Source: Candidatus Micrarchaeota archaeon
GTDB lineage: Archaea > Micrarchaeota > Micrarchaeia > Micrarchaeales > CABMGC01
DNA: 36,363 bases
Assembly (NCBI GenBank): GCA_021817305.1
Contig: JAKAVL010000046.1
Coordinates: forward strand, 1-36,363
Direction of reading: 5' to 3'
Below the pieces are notes generated by a model that ran no database searches, had not been told where the DNA came from, and saw only the letters and a program-made list of their open reading frames with translations. This document shows, one piece after another, positions 28,102 through 36,363 of the stretch. A program made the position numbers and the translations under genes. Every line of letters starts with the position of its first letter. Within the stretch, counting starts at the first letter, position 1.

Positions 28102-29100
28102 TCAGTCCCAGGCAAGCTCGCCGCGGTGCTTGTACTCTGTAACGCGCGTCTCGAAGAAGTTCTTCTCCTTCTTGAGGTCTACTATCTCGCTCATCCATGG
28201 GAAGGGATTCTCAGAGCCGTAGGCCTTTGCCAGGCCTATGCGCTCAAGGCGGCGGTCGCCTATGTACTGCATGTACTCCTTTATCATCTCTGCGTTGAGG
28301 CCCATTATGCCCCTCGGAAGGCAGTCCTTTGCGTACATGACCTCTAGCTCGACGCCCTTCTTTATCGAGTCTGTGACTTCGGCCTTGAACTTGTCCGTCC
28401 ATATCTCCGGGTTCTCCTGCACTATGGTGTTTATCAGGTCGCTTCCGAAAGCGAGATGCACCGTCTCGTCGCGGAGTATGTACTGGAACTGCTCGCCGAC
28501 TCCTACCATCTTGTTGCTGCGCAACAGCGACAGCATCATCGCGAATCCCGCGTAGAAGAATATGCCCTCCATGATGACGTAGTAGCCGACTAGGTCGTAC
28601 ACAAACCTCTGCATGTTATCGATGCCGACAGTCGTGAAGTTAGGGTCGAGGATTGATTTCGTCAGATCGACAACGTAATCGTCCTTGGCCTTTATGCTGG
28701 GTATGTTCACGTACATGTTGTAGACTTCATCAGGATCAAGGCCCAGAGAGTCGCAACAGTATATGAATGTCTCGGTGTGCACCGCCTCCTCGTATGCCTG
28801 GCGCAGGAGGTACTGCCTTGATTCGGGATTGGTCAGATGCCTGTAAATCGACAGCACTATGTTGTTCGCCGTCAGGCTCTCCGCCGTGGAGAAGAACCCT
28901 AGGTTCCACATAATCATGCGCTTCTCGTCCTCGTTGAGTCCGTCCTTCTTTTTCCAGAGCTCTATGTCCTGCTGCATGGGTATCTCTTCTGGAACCCAGT
29001 TGTTGTTCACCCCGTTCTTGTAGTGCGTCCTTGCCCATTCGTATTTTATCGGGAGTATCTTGTTCGGGTCTACCTCTGATGCGTTCAGCATTTGTTTCAT
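28102..29100 (-). CDS. nrdB: Ribonucleotide reductase beta subunit, class Ic (R2c) signature
   Basis: FFSTAES, EEAVHTETF, MEGIFFY, RDETVH, NFFETRVTEY. Confidence 0.95.
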   Translation of the reverse strand: MKQMLNASEVDPNKILPIKYEWARTHYKNGVNNNWVPEEIPMQQDIELWKKKDGLNEDEKRMIMWNLGFFSTAESLTANNIVLSIYRHLTNPESRQYLLRQAYEEAVHTETFIYCCDSLGLDPDEVYNMYVNIPSIKAKDDYVVDLTKSILDPNFTTVGIDNMQRFVYDLVGYYVIMEGIFFYAGFAMMLSLLRSNKMVGVGEQFQYILRDETVHLAFGSDLINTIVQENPEIWTDKFKAEVTDSIKKGVELEVMYAKDCLPRGIMGLNAEMIKEYMQYIGDRRLERIGLAKAYGSENPFPWMSEIVDLKKEKNFFETRVTEYKHRGELAWD

Positions 29101-29117
29101 GTTATCACCCTAACCGC

Positions 29118-32027
29118 TTACTGGCAGGCCTCGCACGTCGGGTCATCCATCGGATTACCGGTAACCTTGCAGACCTTGCCCTCTATGATCGCCTCGCCAT
29201 GCCCTGCCGGCGGCGCTCCTTCCGGCCGCGGCGCAGTCGCCTGTTCCGCTACTGTGATGTTCACATCTGCAACGGGGGTGGATTCCTGCTGCACCTGCAC
29301 CTCGACCTCGCCGCTGCCGGTACTCAGATCCACGGTCTTCGCCTTGTTGGTTATCTCAAGAGTGCTTTTCTCTATGGAGGTTGCCGCTGTAGTGCGCAGG
29401 TAATAGGTGCTCTTGAGGCCCATGCGCCACGCATAGGTGTATATCTCCGAGAGCCTTTTCCCGGAGTTCGTCGCGGTGAAGATGTTCAGCGACTGGCTCT
29501 GGTCTATCCACTTGCTCCTGCATGCGGCTGACTTGATCATCCACTCCGGCTCTATGTCGAACGCCTCCTTGTACTTGTCCTTGAGCTTCTTTGGTATGCT
29601 CTCTATGTGCTGTATGTTGCCATCGTGCTCCTTTATCTTCTCCAGCATGGTCTTGTTCCACAAGCCCAGCGCCTTAAGATCCTCGACAAGATGATTGTTC
29701 ACTACAGTGAACTCGCCGCTCATGTTGGACTTGACGTATATGTTCTTGTATATAGGCTCTATAGAGGGATAGCAGTCCGCTATGTTGGAGATTGTTGCGG
29801 TGGGGGCTATGGCCATGCAGTTGGAATTTCTCATTCCGTTGCTCTTTATTGAATCGCGCACTGCCTGCCAGTCCATCTTGGAGGTCCTGGGCACCTCTAT
29901 GCGCACGCCGCGCTCCTTCTCGAGCGTGTCGAGGGTGTCTAGCGGTAGGATCCCGCGCTCCCACTTGGATCCCTTGAAAGATTCGTAGGCGCCCTTCTCC
30001 TTCGCGAGCTCTGACGATGCGAGTATGGCGTAGTATGAAATGGCCTCCATGCTCTCGTCTGCGAAGCGCACCGCCTCCTCCGAATCGAAGTTCAGGTTTA
30101 GCAGGTAGAGCGCATCCTGGTAGCCCATTATGCCCAGCCCTATTGGCCTGTGCTTCATGTTCGAGTTCTTTGCCTCGGGGGTAGGGTAGTAGTTTATGTC
30201 AACAACGTTGTCAAGCATGCGCATTGCAGTGGTGACGGTCTGCTTCAGCAGCTCTATGTCGAGGCTGTTGCCCTTTATGTGCCTGGCCATGTTAATCGAG
30301 CCGAGGTTGCATACGGCAGTCTCGTCCTTCGAGGTGTTTAGGGTTATCTCCGTGCACAGGTTCGAGCTGTGCACAACTCCGACGTGGTCCTGTGGCGAGC
30401 GCACGTTTGCCGGATCCTTGAACACAAGCCACGGATGCGATGTCTCGAAAAGCGAGGTTATGAGCTTCCTCCACAAAGCGCTTGCCTTTACCCGCTTGTA
30501 TAGCCGTATCTTCCCCTCGTCGGCAAGGCGCTCGTACTCGGCGTAGCTCTCCTCGAACTTCCTGCCGTATATGTGGTGCAGGTCAGGAACCTCGTCAGGT
30601 GAGAACAGCGTCCAGTCTTTGTCTTCCATGACGCGCTTCATGAACAAATCGGGTATCCACGCGGCCGTGTCCATGTCCTGCGTCCTGCGCCGCTCATCTC
30701 CGGTTGTCCTGCGCAGGTCTATGAAGTCCTCAATGTCCATGTGCCATACCTCGAGGTACGCGCACGTGGCGCCCCTGCGCTTGCCGCTTCGGTTTATTGC
30801 CACAGTTGTATCGTTAGCTATCTTGAGGAATGGGATGACTCCCTGGCTCTCGACGTTCGTTGTCTTTATCAGCGCTCCTGTCGCCCTGAGGTTCGACCAG
30901 TCGTTCCCGAGGCCGCCGGACCATTTGGACAGCTGCGCGTTGTCCCCTATTGCCTTGAATATATGGCCAAGGTCGTCCTCGACAGTTGTGAGATAGCATG
31001 AGCTCAGCTGCGGGTGCCTTGTGCCGGAATGAAACAGGGTCGGAGTGGAAGAAACGAAGCGCAGCGATGAGAGCGCCTCGTAGAACTCCATGGCGCGCTC
31101 TTCCTTCTGCTTCTCGTTTATCGCGAGTCCCATGGCCACGCGCATCCAGAAGAACTGCGGCGTCTCCATCGGGACGTCGGTATCCTTGTCGCGCATGAGG
31201 TACCTGTCGTAGAGCGTCTGGAGTCCGCGGTATGCGAGGATCTCGTCGCGCTCCGGGCGCAGGGCCTTTGACAGCTTTTCCATGTCGAAGCCCTCCATTT
31301 CAGGGGTAAGCGTTCCCTGGCGTACGCCCTTGGCTATGGCTGCGGCGAAGCCCTTCCCATAGGCGTCACCGATGTTCTCGTACGTGCCGAGGGTTTCCCG
31401 GTAAAGATCGTATAGGAAGAGCCTTGTGGTTACCATCGAGTATGCGGGGTCCTTCTCTATGAGGGCCCTTGAGGAAAGGATCGCGAGCTTTGATATCTCC
31501 CCGGTCTTTATGCCCTCGTATATCCCTGATTCGCACTGCCTGGTGAGAGCATCGACGTCCACCACCCCCTCGTATCCGCTGCAGGCCTTCTTTATGTAAT
31601 TCCTGAATTCATGGTCGTCGAACATCTCCGTGCTGTCGTCCTTCTTCTTGACAGGCATCTTGCCCGAGCGGATTTTTCTTATCGTCTCGTTCTTCTGGCT
31701 CTCGCGCAGCTCCCTGTGCCTTTCCCTGTATAGTATGTAGGACCTCGCGACGTCGTACAGACCGAACTCCATGAGCGTGCGCTCTACTATGTCCTGTATG
31801 CCCTCTACGTCAGGGGTCTTGTAGCCCAGGTACCTTGCATTCATCCCGTCTATAACGTGCTGCGTGAGCGCCCCAATGTCTATGTCGCCCACCGTGCCTC
31901 TCGTCGCCACTATGGCGCGCCTCATCGCGTTTGTAACCTTTACGGGATCAAATTCCACTACGGAGCCGTCCCTTTTCTTCACAGTCTCAAATCTTGAGTC
32001 AGAACCACCACCCATTGTATGCACCAT
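29118..32027 (-). CDS. nrdA: Class I ribonucleotide reductase alpha subunit with two ATP-cones
   Basis: VKKRDG and VKKKDD cones, SSTPT, LSSCY, SNLCTEI, APTATIS, STYYLR, C-terminal CEACQ. Start at 32027 or 32015. Confidence 0.96.
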   Translation of the reverse strand: MVHTMGGGSDSRFETVKKRDGSVVEFDPVKVTNAMRRAIVATRGTVGDIDIGALTQHVIDGMNARYLGYKTPDVEGIQDIVERTLMEFGLYDVARSYILYRERHRELRESQKNETIRKIRSGKMPVKKKDDSTEMFDDHEFRNYIKKACSGYEGVVDVDALTRQCESGIYEGIKTGEISKLAILSSRALIEKDPAYSMVTTRLFLYDLYRETLGTYENIGDAYGKGFAAAIAKGVRQGTLTPEMEGFDMEKLSKALRPERDEILAYRGLQTLYDRYLMRDKDTDVPMETPQFFWMRVAMGLAINEKQKEERAMEFYEALSSLRFVSSTPTLFHSGTRHPQLSSCYLTTVEDDLGHIFKAIGDNAQLSKWSGGLGNDWSNLRATGALIKTTNVESQGVIPFLKIANDTTVAINRSGKRRGATCAYLEVWHMDIEDFIDLRRTTGDERRRTQDMDTAAWIPDLFMKRVMEDKDWTLFSPDEVPDLHHIYGRKFEESYAEYERLADEGKIRLYKRVKASALWRKLITSLFETSHPWLVFKDPANVRSPQDHVGVVHSSNLCTEITLNTSKDETAVCNLGSINMARHIKGNSLDIELLKQTVTTAMRMLDNVVDINYYPTPEAKNSNMKHRPIGLGIMGYQDALYLLNLNFDSEEAVRFADESMEAISYYAILASSELAKEKGAYESFKGSKWERGILPLDTLDTLEKERGVRIEVPRTSKMDWQAVRDSIKSNGMRNSNCMAIAPTATISNIADCYPSIEPIYKNIYVKSNMSGEFTVVNNHLVEDLKALGLWNKTMLEKIKEHDGNIQHIESIPKKLKDKYKEAFDIEPEWMIKSAACRSKWIDQSQSLNIFTATNSGKRLSEIYTYAWRMGLKSTYYLRTTAATSIEKSTLEITNKAKTVDLSTGSGEVEVQVQQESTPVADVNITVAEQATAPRPEGAPPAGHGEAIIEGKVCKVTGNPMDDPTCEACQ

Positions 32028-32036
32028 TTCAATATT

Positions 32037-32052
32037 ACACAAGATATTGTGC
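32037..32052. promoter_or_regulatory. NrdR-box-like palindrome upstream of nrdA
   Basis: acacaagatattgtgc matches the consensus acaCwAtATaTwGtgt at 14/16. It lies between a minus-strand TTTAAATA (~32097-32104) and the start codon. Confidence 0.7.
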
Positions 32053-32339
32053 GTTGAGTCAAATCCTCAAGCGCCCATATTGGTTAAACAAAAAAGTATT
32101 TAAAGCATCTTGCAGCGGAAGGCGCGCTGGATATACATTTGCATACTTGCCGTATTTACGGCGTCAGTATTGTGACCTCTTATAAGGAAGGCGGCTTGCG
32201 ATTATTCGCTTCCGCATAGACGGGCCCTCCTGCTCACGGCGTCTGAAGCGCTTCTTGGATGATTTCGGAGCGGCACACCGGGCCGCGGGCCTGGGGGAAC
32301 TACAAGAAGGGTTATAAGCAATGGAGTTGCAAAGTGTTC

Positions 32340-32858
32340 ATGGAACTGCAGGTCCCGACGGACTTCATGTCAACCTATGCGTGGATATTCATAGCGGTGT
32401 CCATAATAGCCATGGTCGGCGTTGGGGCCGCCCTGTCCTGGCCCTCTGCGCCCGCAATGGAGCATTCGTGCAGCATCGTATCCGGGTTCGCATGCATGTC
32501 TGCGGCGCTTGGCAGCTATCCAGGAGGGAGCGCGCTTTTCCTGAGGATAACGAACAGGCAGGGCGCGTATGTCTACATGCCAGGCAATTCTGTGATCGTG
32601 CATCCGTACCTGAATGATACGTCATACAATGGCAGCTGCGTGCCTGAGACCGTGGCGAACGGGGGAAGTCTCCTCTGCGTGGCGTACATGAACGGCTACG
32701 AGCCTGGCTACGGCGCGTCTGTCGGACCTGGATTCTCAATAGTCTTCGGGATATGCGGCGGAAAGTGCAGCAGCGCGGATTTGGGATACCAGGTGTCAGG
32801 CACGACATACATAACAGCTGGGGAAAGCATGCAGCAGGCCGCAAATGCGACAGCATAG
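32340..32858 (+). CDS. Pilin-like protein with degenerate class III signal peptide
   Basis: MELQVPTDFMSTYAWIFI resembles the (K/R)xQxxxEFLxTYGW pilin N-terminus. Six Cys, including CSIVSGFAC. Confidence 0.6.
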   Translation: MELQVPTDFMSTYAWIFIAVSIIAMVGVGAALSWPSAPAMEHSCSIVSGFACMSAALGSYPGGSALFLRITNRQGAYVYMPGNSVIVHPYLNDTSYNGSCVPETVANGGSLLCVAYMNGYEPGYGASVGPGFSIVFGICGGKCSSADLGYQVSGTTYITAGESMQQAANATA

Positions 32859-32912
32859 CCGCGTCGCCCCGGCTACGTTTATAAGGGTTGCCATGGAATG
32901 TATATCGGTAGC

Positions 32913-33881
32913 ATGGTCGTCAGGAAAAGGGGAGGGCAGCGCGCGCGGAGTTCGCGCGTCTCCGGAAGGCCTGCCGTGACAGACAGGAAGCGAGAGGCGG
33001 GGCGCGAGCCCGTACACGATTCATTCGAGGCGCTTCTAGACAAGTCGGTTGCACATAATGCGCACAGTGCATCGGGCCTCCACGCGCTGCTTTACGGCGC
33101 AACGAGAAGCCTGAATATCCTGGGTTACAAGTATGGGTTTACCGTTGGCAGGACGCTTCACAGCAGGCATAAAAGAATCGAGAGCCTGTTCGCAATCCTG
33201 GAGCGAGGGGGCCTGGGCAAGGTTCTTTACACCCCTTCTTCGGATAAATCGTATATAAGGTCGAGCGCATCCGGAAACCAGGTTATGCGCATTGAGGCGG
33301 GGCGCGTGCACTATTACGAGGCGGGAATGATTGCGGGCTTTCTGTCATCGCACACGAAGGCGTATATGCGCACCGAGGAAACGTCGTGCGTGATGAGCGG
33401 GGATCCTGAGTGCACCTTTGTGTCGAGCACTACGGCACCCATTTCATATGGCGGTCTGGGCAGGGGGCCTGACTCTCTTGTCAAGGACATGGCGGAGGTT
33501 GCGAAGGGTCGGAAAGGCAGCGGCGCGTCAGACTATTATACGTACCTGTCAATGCAGCCCCTGCTTTCCGGAAGGATATCAGAGAAGCTTGCAGGCCTGA
33601 TGTTTGCGGCTGGGAGGGAGCTGCGCGTCTCATCTCATGAGAGCATTGGTGAGATCGTGAAGACCGCAGGGCTGTTCATAGGCGCTGGCGCGAAGATGGT
33701 GAAAAACACAAAGGCTAAAAAGTCTATAGTGTTAAGATATAACTCATTCGGCTCTGTAGGTTATGTGGCGCTTACCTCGCCAATATTCGCAGGCGCAGTA
33801 GGCGGCGAGTACAAGGCAGGAAGGACCTATAGCAGGCTGAAGGACGGCGCCTACTCGGTGCGTATTGACTTCAGGATATGA
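32913..33881 (+). CDS. V4R-domain protein
   Basis: GYKYG..G, GGLGK, HYYEAGMIAGFLS, EETSCVMSGDPECTF, plus a second degenerate module (AAGREL). Confidence 0.75.
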   Translation: MVVRKRGGQRARSSRVSGRPAVTDRKREAGREPVHDSFEALLDKSVAHNAHSASGLHALLYGATRSLNILGYKYGFTVGRTLHSRHKRIESLFAILERGGLGKVLYTPSSDKSYIRSSASGNQVMRIEAGRVHYYEAGMIAGFLSSHTKAYMRTEETSCVMSGDPECTFVSSTTAPISYGGLGRGPDSLVKDMAEVAKGRKGSGASDYYTYLSMQPLLSGRISEKLAGLMFAAGRELRVSSHESIGEIVKTAGLFIGAGAKMVKNTKAKKSIVLRYNSFGSVGYVALTSPIFAGAVGGEYKAGRTYSRLKDGAYSVRIDFRI

Positions 33882-33891
33882 TGGTGCAGTG

Positions 33892-35349
33892 ATGAAAATC
33901 CCATTCCTTAACGCGATACTTGACAGGATACCCGGGATAAAGAATCCGGCGGCTCCGCTCTCTTTCAGGGAGAAGCTCAAGTGGACTGCAATAATAATGG
34001 GCATCTACTTCGTCATGTTCAGCGCCCCCGCGTTCGGAGTCAACATAGGCGTGCTGAACAGCTCCCAGTATGCCATAATAAACATCATATTCGCAGCGAG
34101 GATAGGGACACTTGTCACCGTTGGAATAGGCCCGATAGTCCTCTCCAGCATAATACTGCAGATGCTCCAGGGCGCAGGAGCATTCAAGCTTGATCTCAAC
34201 GATCCGGAGCAGAAGGCCAGATTCCAGAGCATGCAGAAGCTTGCCGCGATCGTCATAGCGGTTATCGAGGCGCTGATATTCACCTCTACGGCAGTATCGC
34301 TAACCAGCCCGGCCTACTTCTGGATCGTTGCGCTGCAGCTGGCGATATGCGGCGTAATAATCATATATCTGGACGAGATAATGACCAAGTACGGAATAAC
34401 CTCCGGGATAAACCTGTTCATAGCCGGCGGCGTCGCGTACGCCATAATCGCCGGCACCGGCACGATACTTTTACCGGAGGCGGCTAACTCTCTCAGCGTC
34501 GGCGGCGCTACCGCGATACCGCAGATGATTCTTGATTTCGGCCCGTTGTTCTTTGCCATAGTCGTGTTCCTGATAAGCATATACGTGCTTGACATGAAGA
34601 TAGAACTGCCTCTGGTCTTCAGCCAGTTCAGGGGCATAGGCGGAAGGCTCCCCATCCCGTTCCTGTACGTGAGCGTTCTTCCGGTAATACTCGCCACGTC
34701 GCTTACCGTAAGCATGGGGATATGGCTGCGCGTGGCGTCAAACGTCAGCGGGCCCATTGCGCCTGCAGTGCACTTCCTTGCGTATTACAGCAACAGCTCC
34801 ACGGGCTCGCCGCAGCTTGCAGGGGGCTTGATATACCTGATGCAGCCCCTTGGGTTCCTTCCTTACTCCACTAATTACGGAGGGGTTGGAGGCTACGGGA
34901 ACTATGTGTATCTCTTAGCTACGCAGACGTCCCCGTTGTACATGCCGTGGGGCGGAGCTCCGCTCCTCATTCCGGAGTGGGTGCACTTCATAGTCTATAC
35001 GCTTATACTGATATTGCTCTGTATTGTCTTCGGCAAGTTCTGGGTGGGCATGACTGGCCAAAGCCCGAAGGAGGTTTCGGAGCAGCTGCAGGATGTCGGC
35101 TGGCAGATACCGGGGTTCAGAAGGGACCCGCGCATGACAGAAGGGATACTGAACAAATACATACCGACCATAACCGTTCTGGGAAGCATATTCGTCGCGC
35201 TTCTCGCATCATTCGCGACACTTACCGGAGCCATAGGGAATGGCATGGGGATACTGCTTACCGCAGGCATAATGTACGGAGTGTACCAGCAGCTTGAGCA
35301 GGAGAGCGTCTTCAAGGGAGTGCCTGCCCTGGAGAAGTTCCTGTCTTAG
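33892..35349 (+). CDS. secY: Preprotein translocase SecY
   Basis: EKLKWT, VGIGPIV, KYGITSGINLFI, YVSVLPVIL, IPGFRRD, GMGILL. Confidence 0.96.
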   Translation: MKIPFLNAILDRIPGIKNPAAPLSFREKLKWTAIIMGIYFVMFSAPAFGVNIGVLNSSQYAIINIIFAARIGTLVTVGIGPIVLSSIILQMLQGAGAFKLDLNDPEQKARFQSMQKLAAIVIAVIEALIFTSTAVSLTSPAYFWIVALQLAICGVIIIYLDEIMTKYGITSGINLFIAGGVAYAIIAGTGTILLPEAANSLSVGGATAIPQMILDFGPLFFAIVVFLISIYVLDMKIELPLVFSQFRGIGGRLPIPFLYVSVLPVILATSLTVSMGIWLRVASNVSGPIAPAVHFLAYYSNSSTGSPQLAGGLIYLMQPLGFLPYSTNYGGVGGYGNYVYLLATQTSPLYMPWGGAPLLIPEWVHFIVYTLILILLCIVFGKFWVGMTGQSPKEVSEQLQDVGWQIPGFRRDPRMTEGILNKYIPTITVLGSIFVALLASFATLTGAIGNGMGILLTAGIMYGVYQQLEQESVFKGVPALEKFLS

Positions 35350-35385
35350 TAGCACGCCCGCTTACCGCAGAAGCGGCTCTTGCCG

Positions 35386-35841
35386 CTAGGTCGGAGGAAC
35401 TAAATAAGCCCTCGGATCATACTCGTAGGTTGCATTTTGAGTGCTTGTGCCATATAGCCAACCTGTTTTGTTTAAGCCCTCGCGAAGTTATTAGCAAAAA
35501 ATTTCAAAGAAAAACCGGCAGTTCCTAAGTTGTCGTAAAGGTTTACAGTAAGTATGACTGCACCTTTCGAATGGATCAGGTTATAATACTGTGACGTAAT
35601 AATTGTGAACTTTGCGAACACGACGAACATCCTGTAGTCATAAACCAAAGAACCACGGTCTACCATGAAAGTCGTCCAAGGTAACATTGGTGCCATTTAC
35701 CAATGTTACTGGTATATTTGGTGCAGCTTGACCTATATCTATTCCGACACTGTCCTGGCGTGGCTGAAGAATCGTTTTCCCAAACAATGCAAATACGAGC
35801 ACTGCAAGACTGGCACCAAAAAGCAGCCAAATTTTCTTCAT
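35386..35841 (-). pseudogene. Exported TlpA/redoxin-like protein with about three frameshifts
   Basis: Signal anchor + IGQAAPN..TLDDFHGRP | VVLWFMTTGCSSCSQ | SQYYNLIHSKGAVILTVNLYDNLG | [19 protein letters not shown], each in a different frame from the preceding segment. Confidence 0.75.
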
Positions 35842-35844
35842 GTT

Positions 35845-36351
35845 TCAACCTCTCTTGCAGCATGAGATATTCTTGGCAGTGTAATGGAACGCTGCAAGGA
35901 AAATCAAAAAGGACAGGATATAAAAGTATGGATAGTTTTGTTCGAAGAAAGCTTGGATATGCGGCGAATATGCAAATAAAACTGGCGTAGATGCACCCAA
36001 AAATGCTAAAATAGAAGGTATTATCGGCGTACAGCATAATGCGTTAACTAATGTGCCAATAAGAACACCAGCAACAGGCCCGCCTTTTGATGTGCGTATT
36101 TTTAATTTCGCAGCGTATATATTGAGTGTTATCATTAGACCTATCATAATTCCAAATATAAATGAGAAAATTATCTGCATTGGCGTAATGAATTCTATGA
36201 ACATGGGGTTTATAGTTCCGTTCGGAAGTGATGGGAGGAGAACGAGGTAAATTGCAGTAAATATGGCTGACAACAGCACTAATAGCAAAACATGCCTTCT
36301 GTCCTTAAGTACCATGTGCATTACAATGCGTTCGTATTTCAACAGAGACAT
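35845..36351 (-). CDS. Four-TM membrane protein with CC motifs (metal/thiol-redox related)
   Basis: Hydrophobic segments, NALCCTP within a TM, C-terminal SCCKRG; AT-rich. Confidence 0.7.
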   Translation of the reverse strand: MSLLKYERIVMHMVLKDRRHVLLLVLLSAIFTAIYLVLLPSLPNGTINPMFIEFITPMQIIFSFIFGIMIGLMITLNIYAAKLKIRTSKGGPVAGVLIGTLVNALCCTPIIPSILAFLGASTPVLFAYSPHIQAFFEQNYPYFYILSFLIFLAAFHYTAKNISCCKRG

Positions 36352-36363
36352 CGTATCAAAATT

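Noticed and set aside
32110-32310. GC-rich intergenic stretch with small hairpins and an SRP-like ccaggcccg on the minus strand
   Set aside because: The SRP helix-8 and RNase P cores could not be built; the stems are short.
35406-35482. 10-nt direct repeat taagccctcg
   Set aside because: Short, inside the pseudogene, and does not flank any element.

Overview
Archaeal chromosomal window, most likely DPANN/Micrarchaeota. This is an inference from the psmB-aCPSF1 pair, archaeal SecY, UPF0147, class III signal-peptide proteins and a tRNA with a non-canonical intron. Housekeeping genes: pyrG, psmB, aCPSF1/fttA, pyk, ribL, tatD, secY, nrdAB, peroxiredoxin and tRNA-Arg(UCU). These are interleaved with a large surface-biology set: two pilin-like LamG/PQQ proteins, two flippases, two GT-C/YfhO-like membrane proteins and a degenerate pilin. 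Highlights: (i) a tnpB-only IS200/IS605 element (~13783-15204) whose ends, TCAT motif and omega-RNA pseudoknot can be read from the sequence, with a rearranged RuvC site, a gene split at an ATGA overlap, a 40-nt structured right-end insert, and an unexplained ~165-nt rod-like element abutting its left end; (ii) circularly permuted LamG cassettes in pilin-like scaffolds with an exact 21-nt boundary repeat; (iii) a Chlamydia-type class Ic (Mn/Fe) ribonucleotide reductase with an NrdR-like box; (iv) a tRNA with a 14-nt T-loop intron that overlaps the tatD stop codon; (v) an AT-rich decaying redox island at the right end. All calls are by eye from motifs; no searches or folding programs were run.
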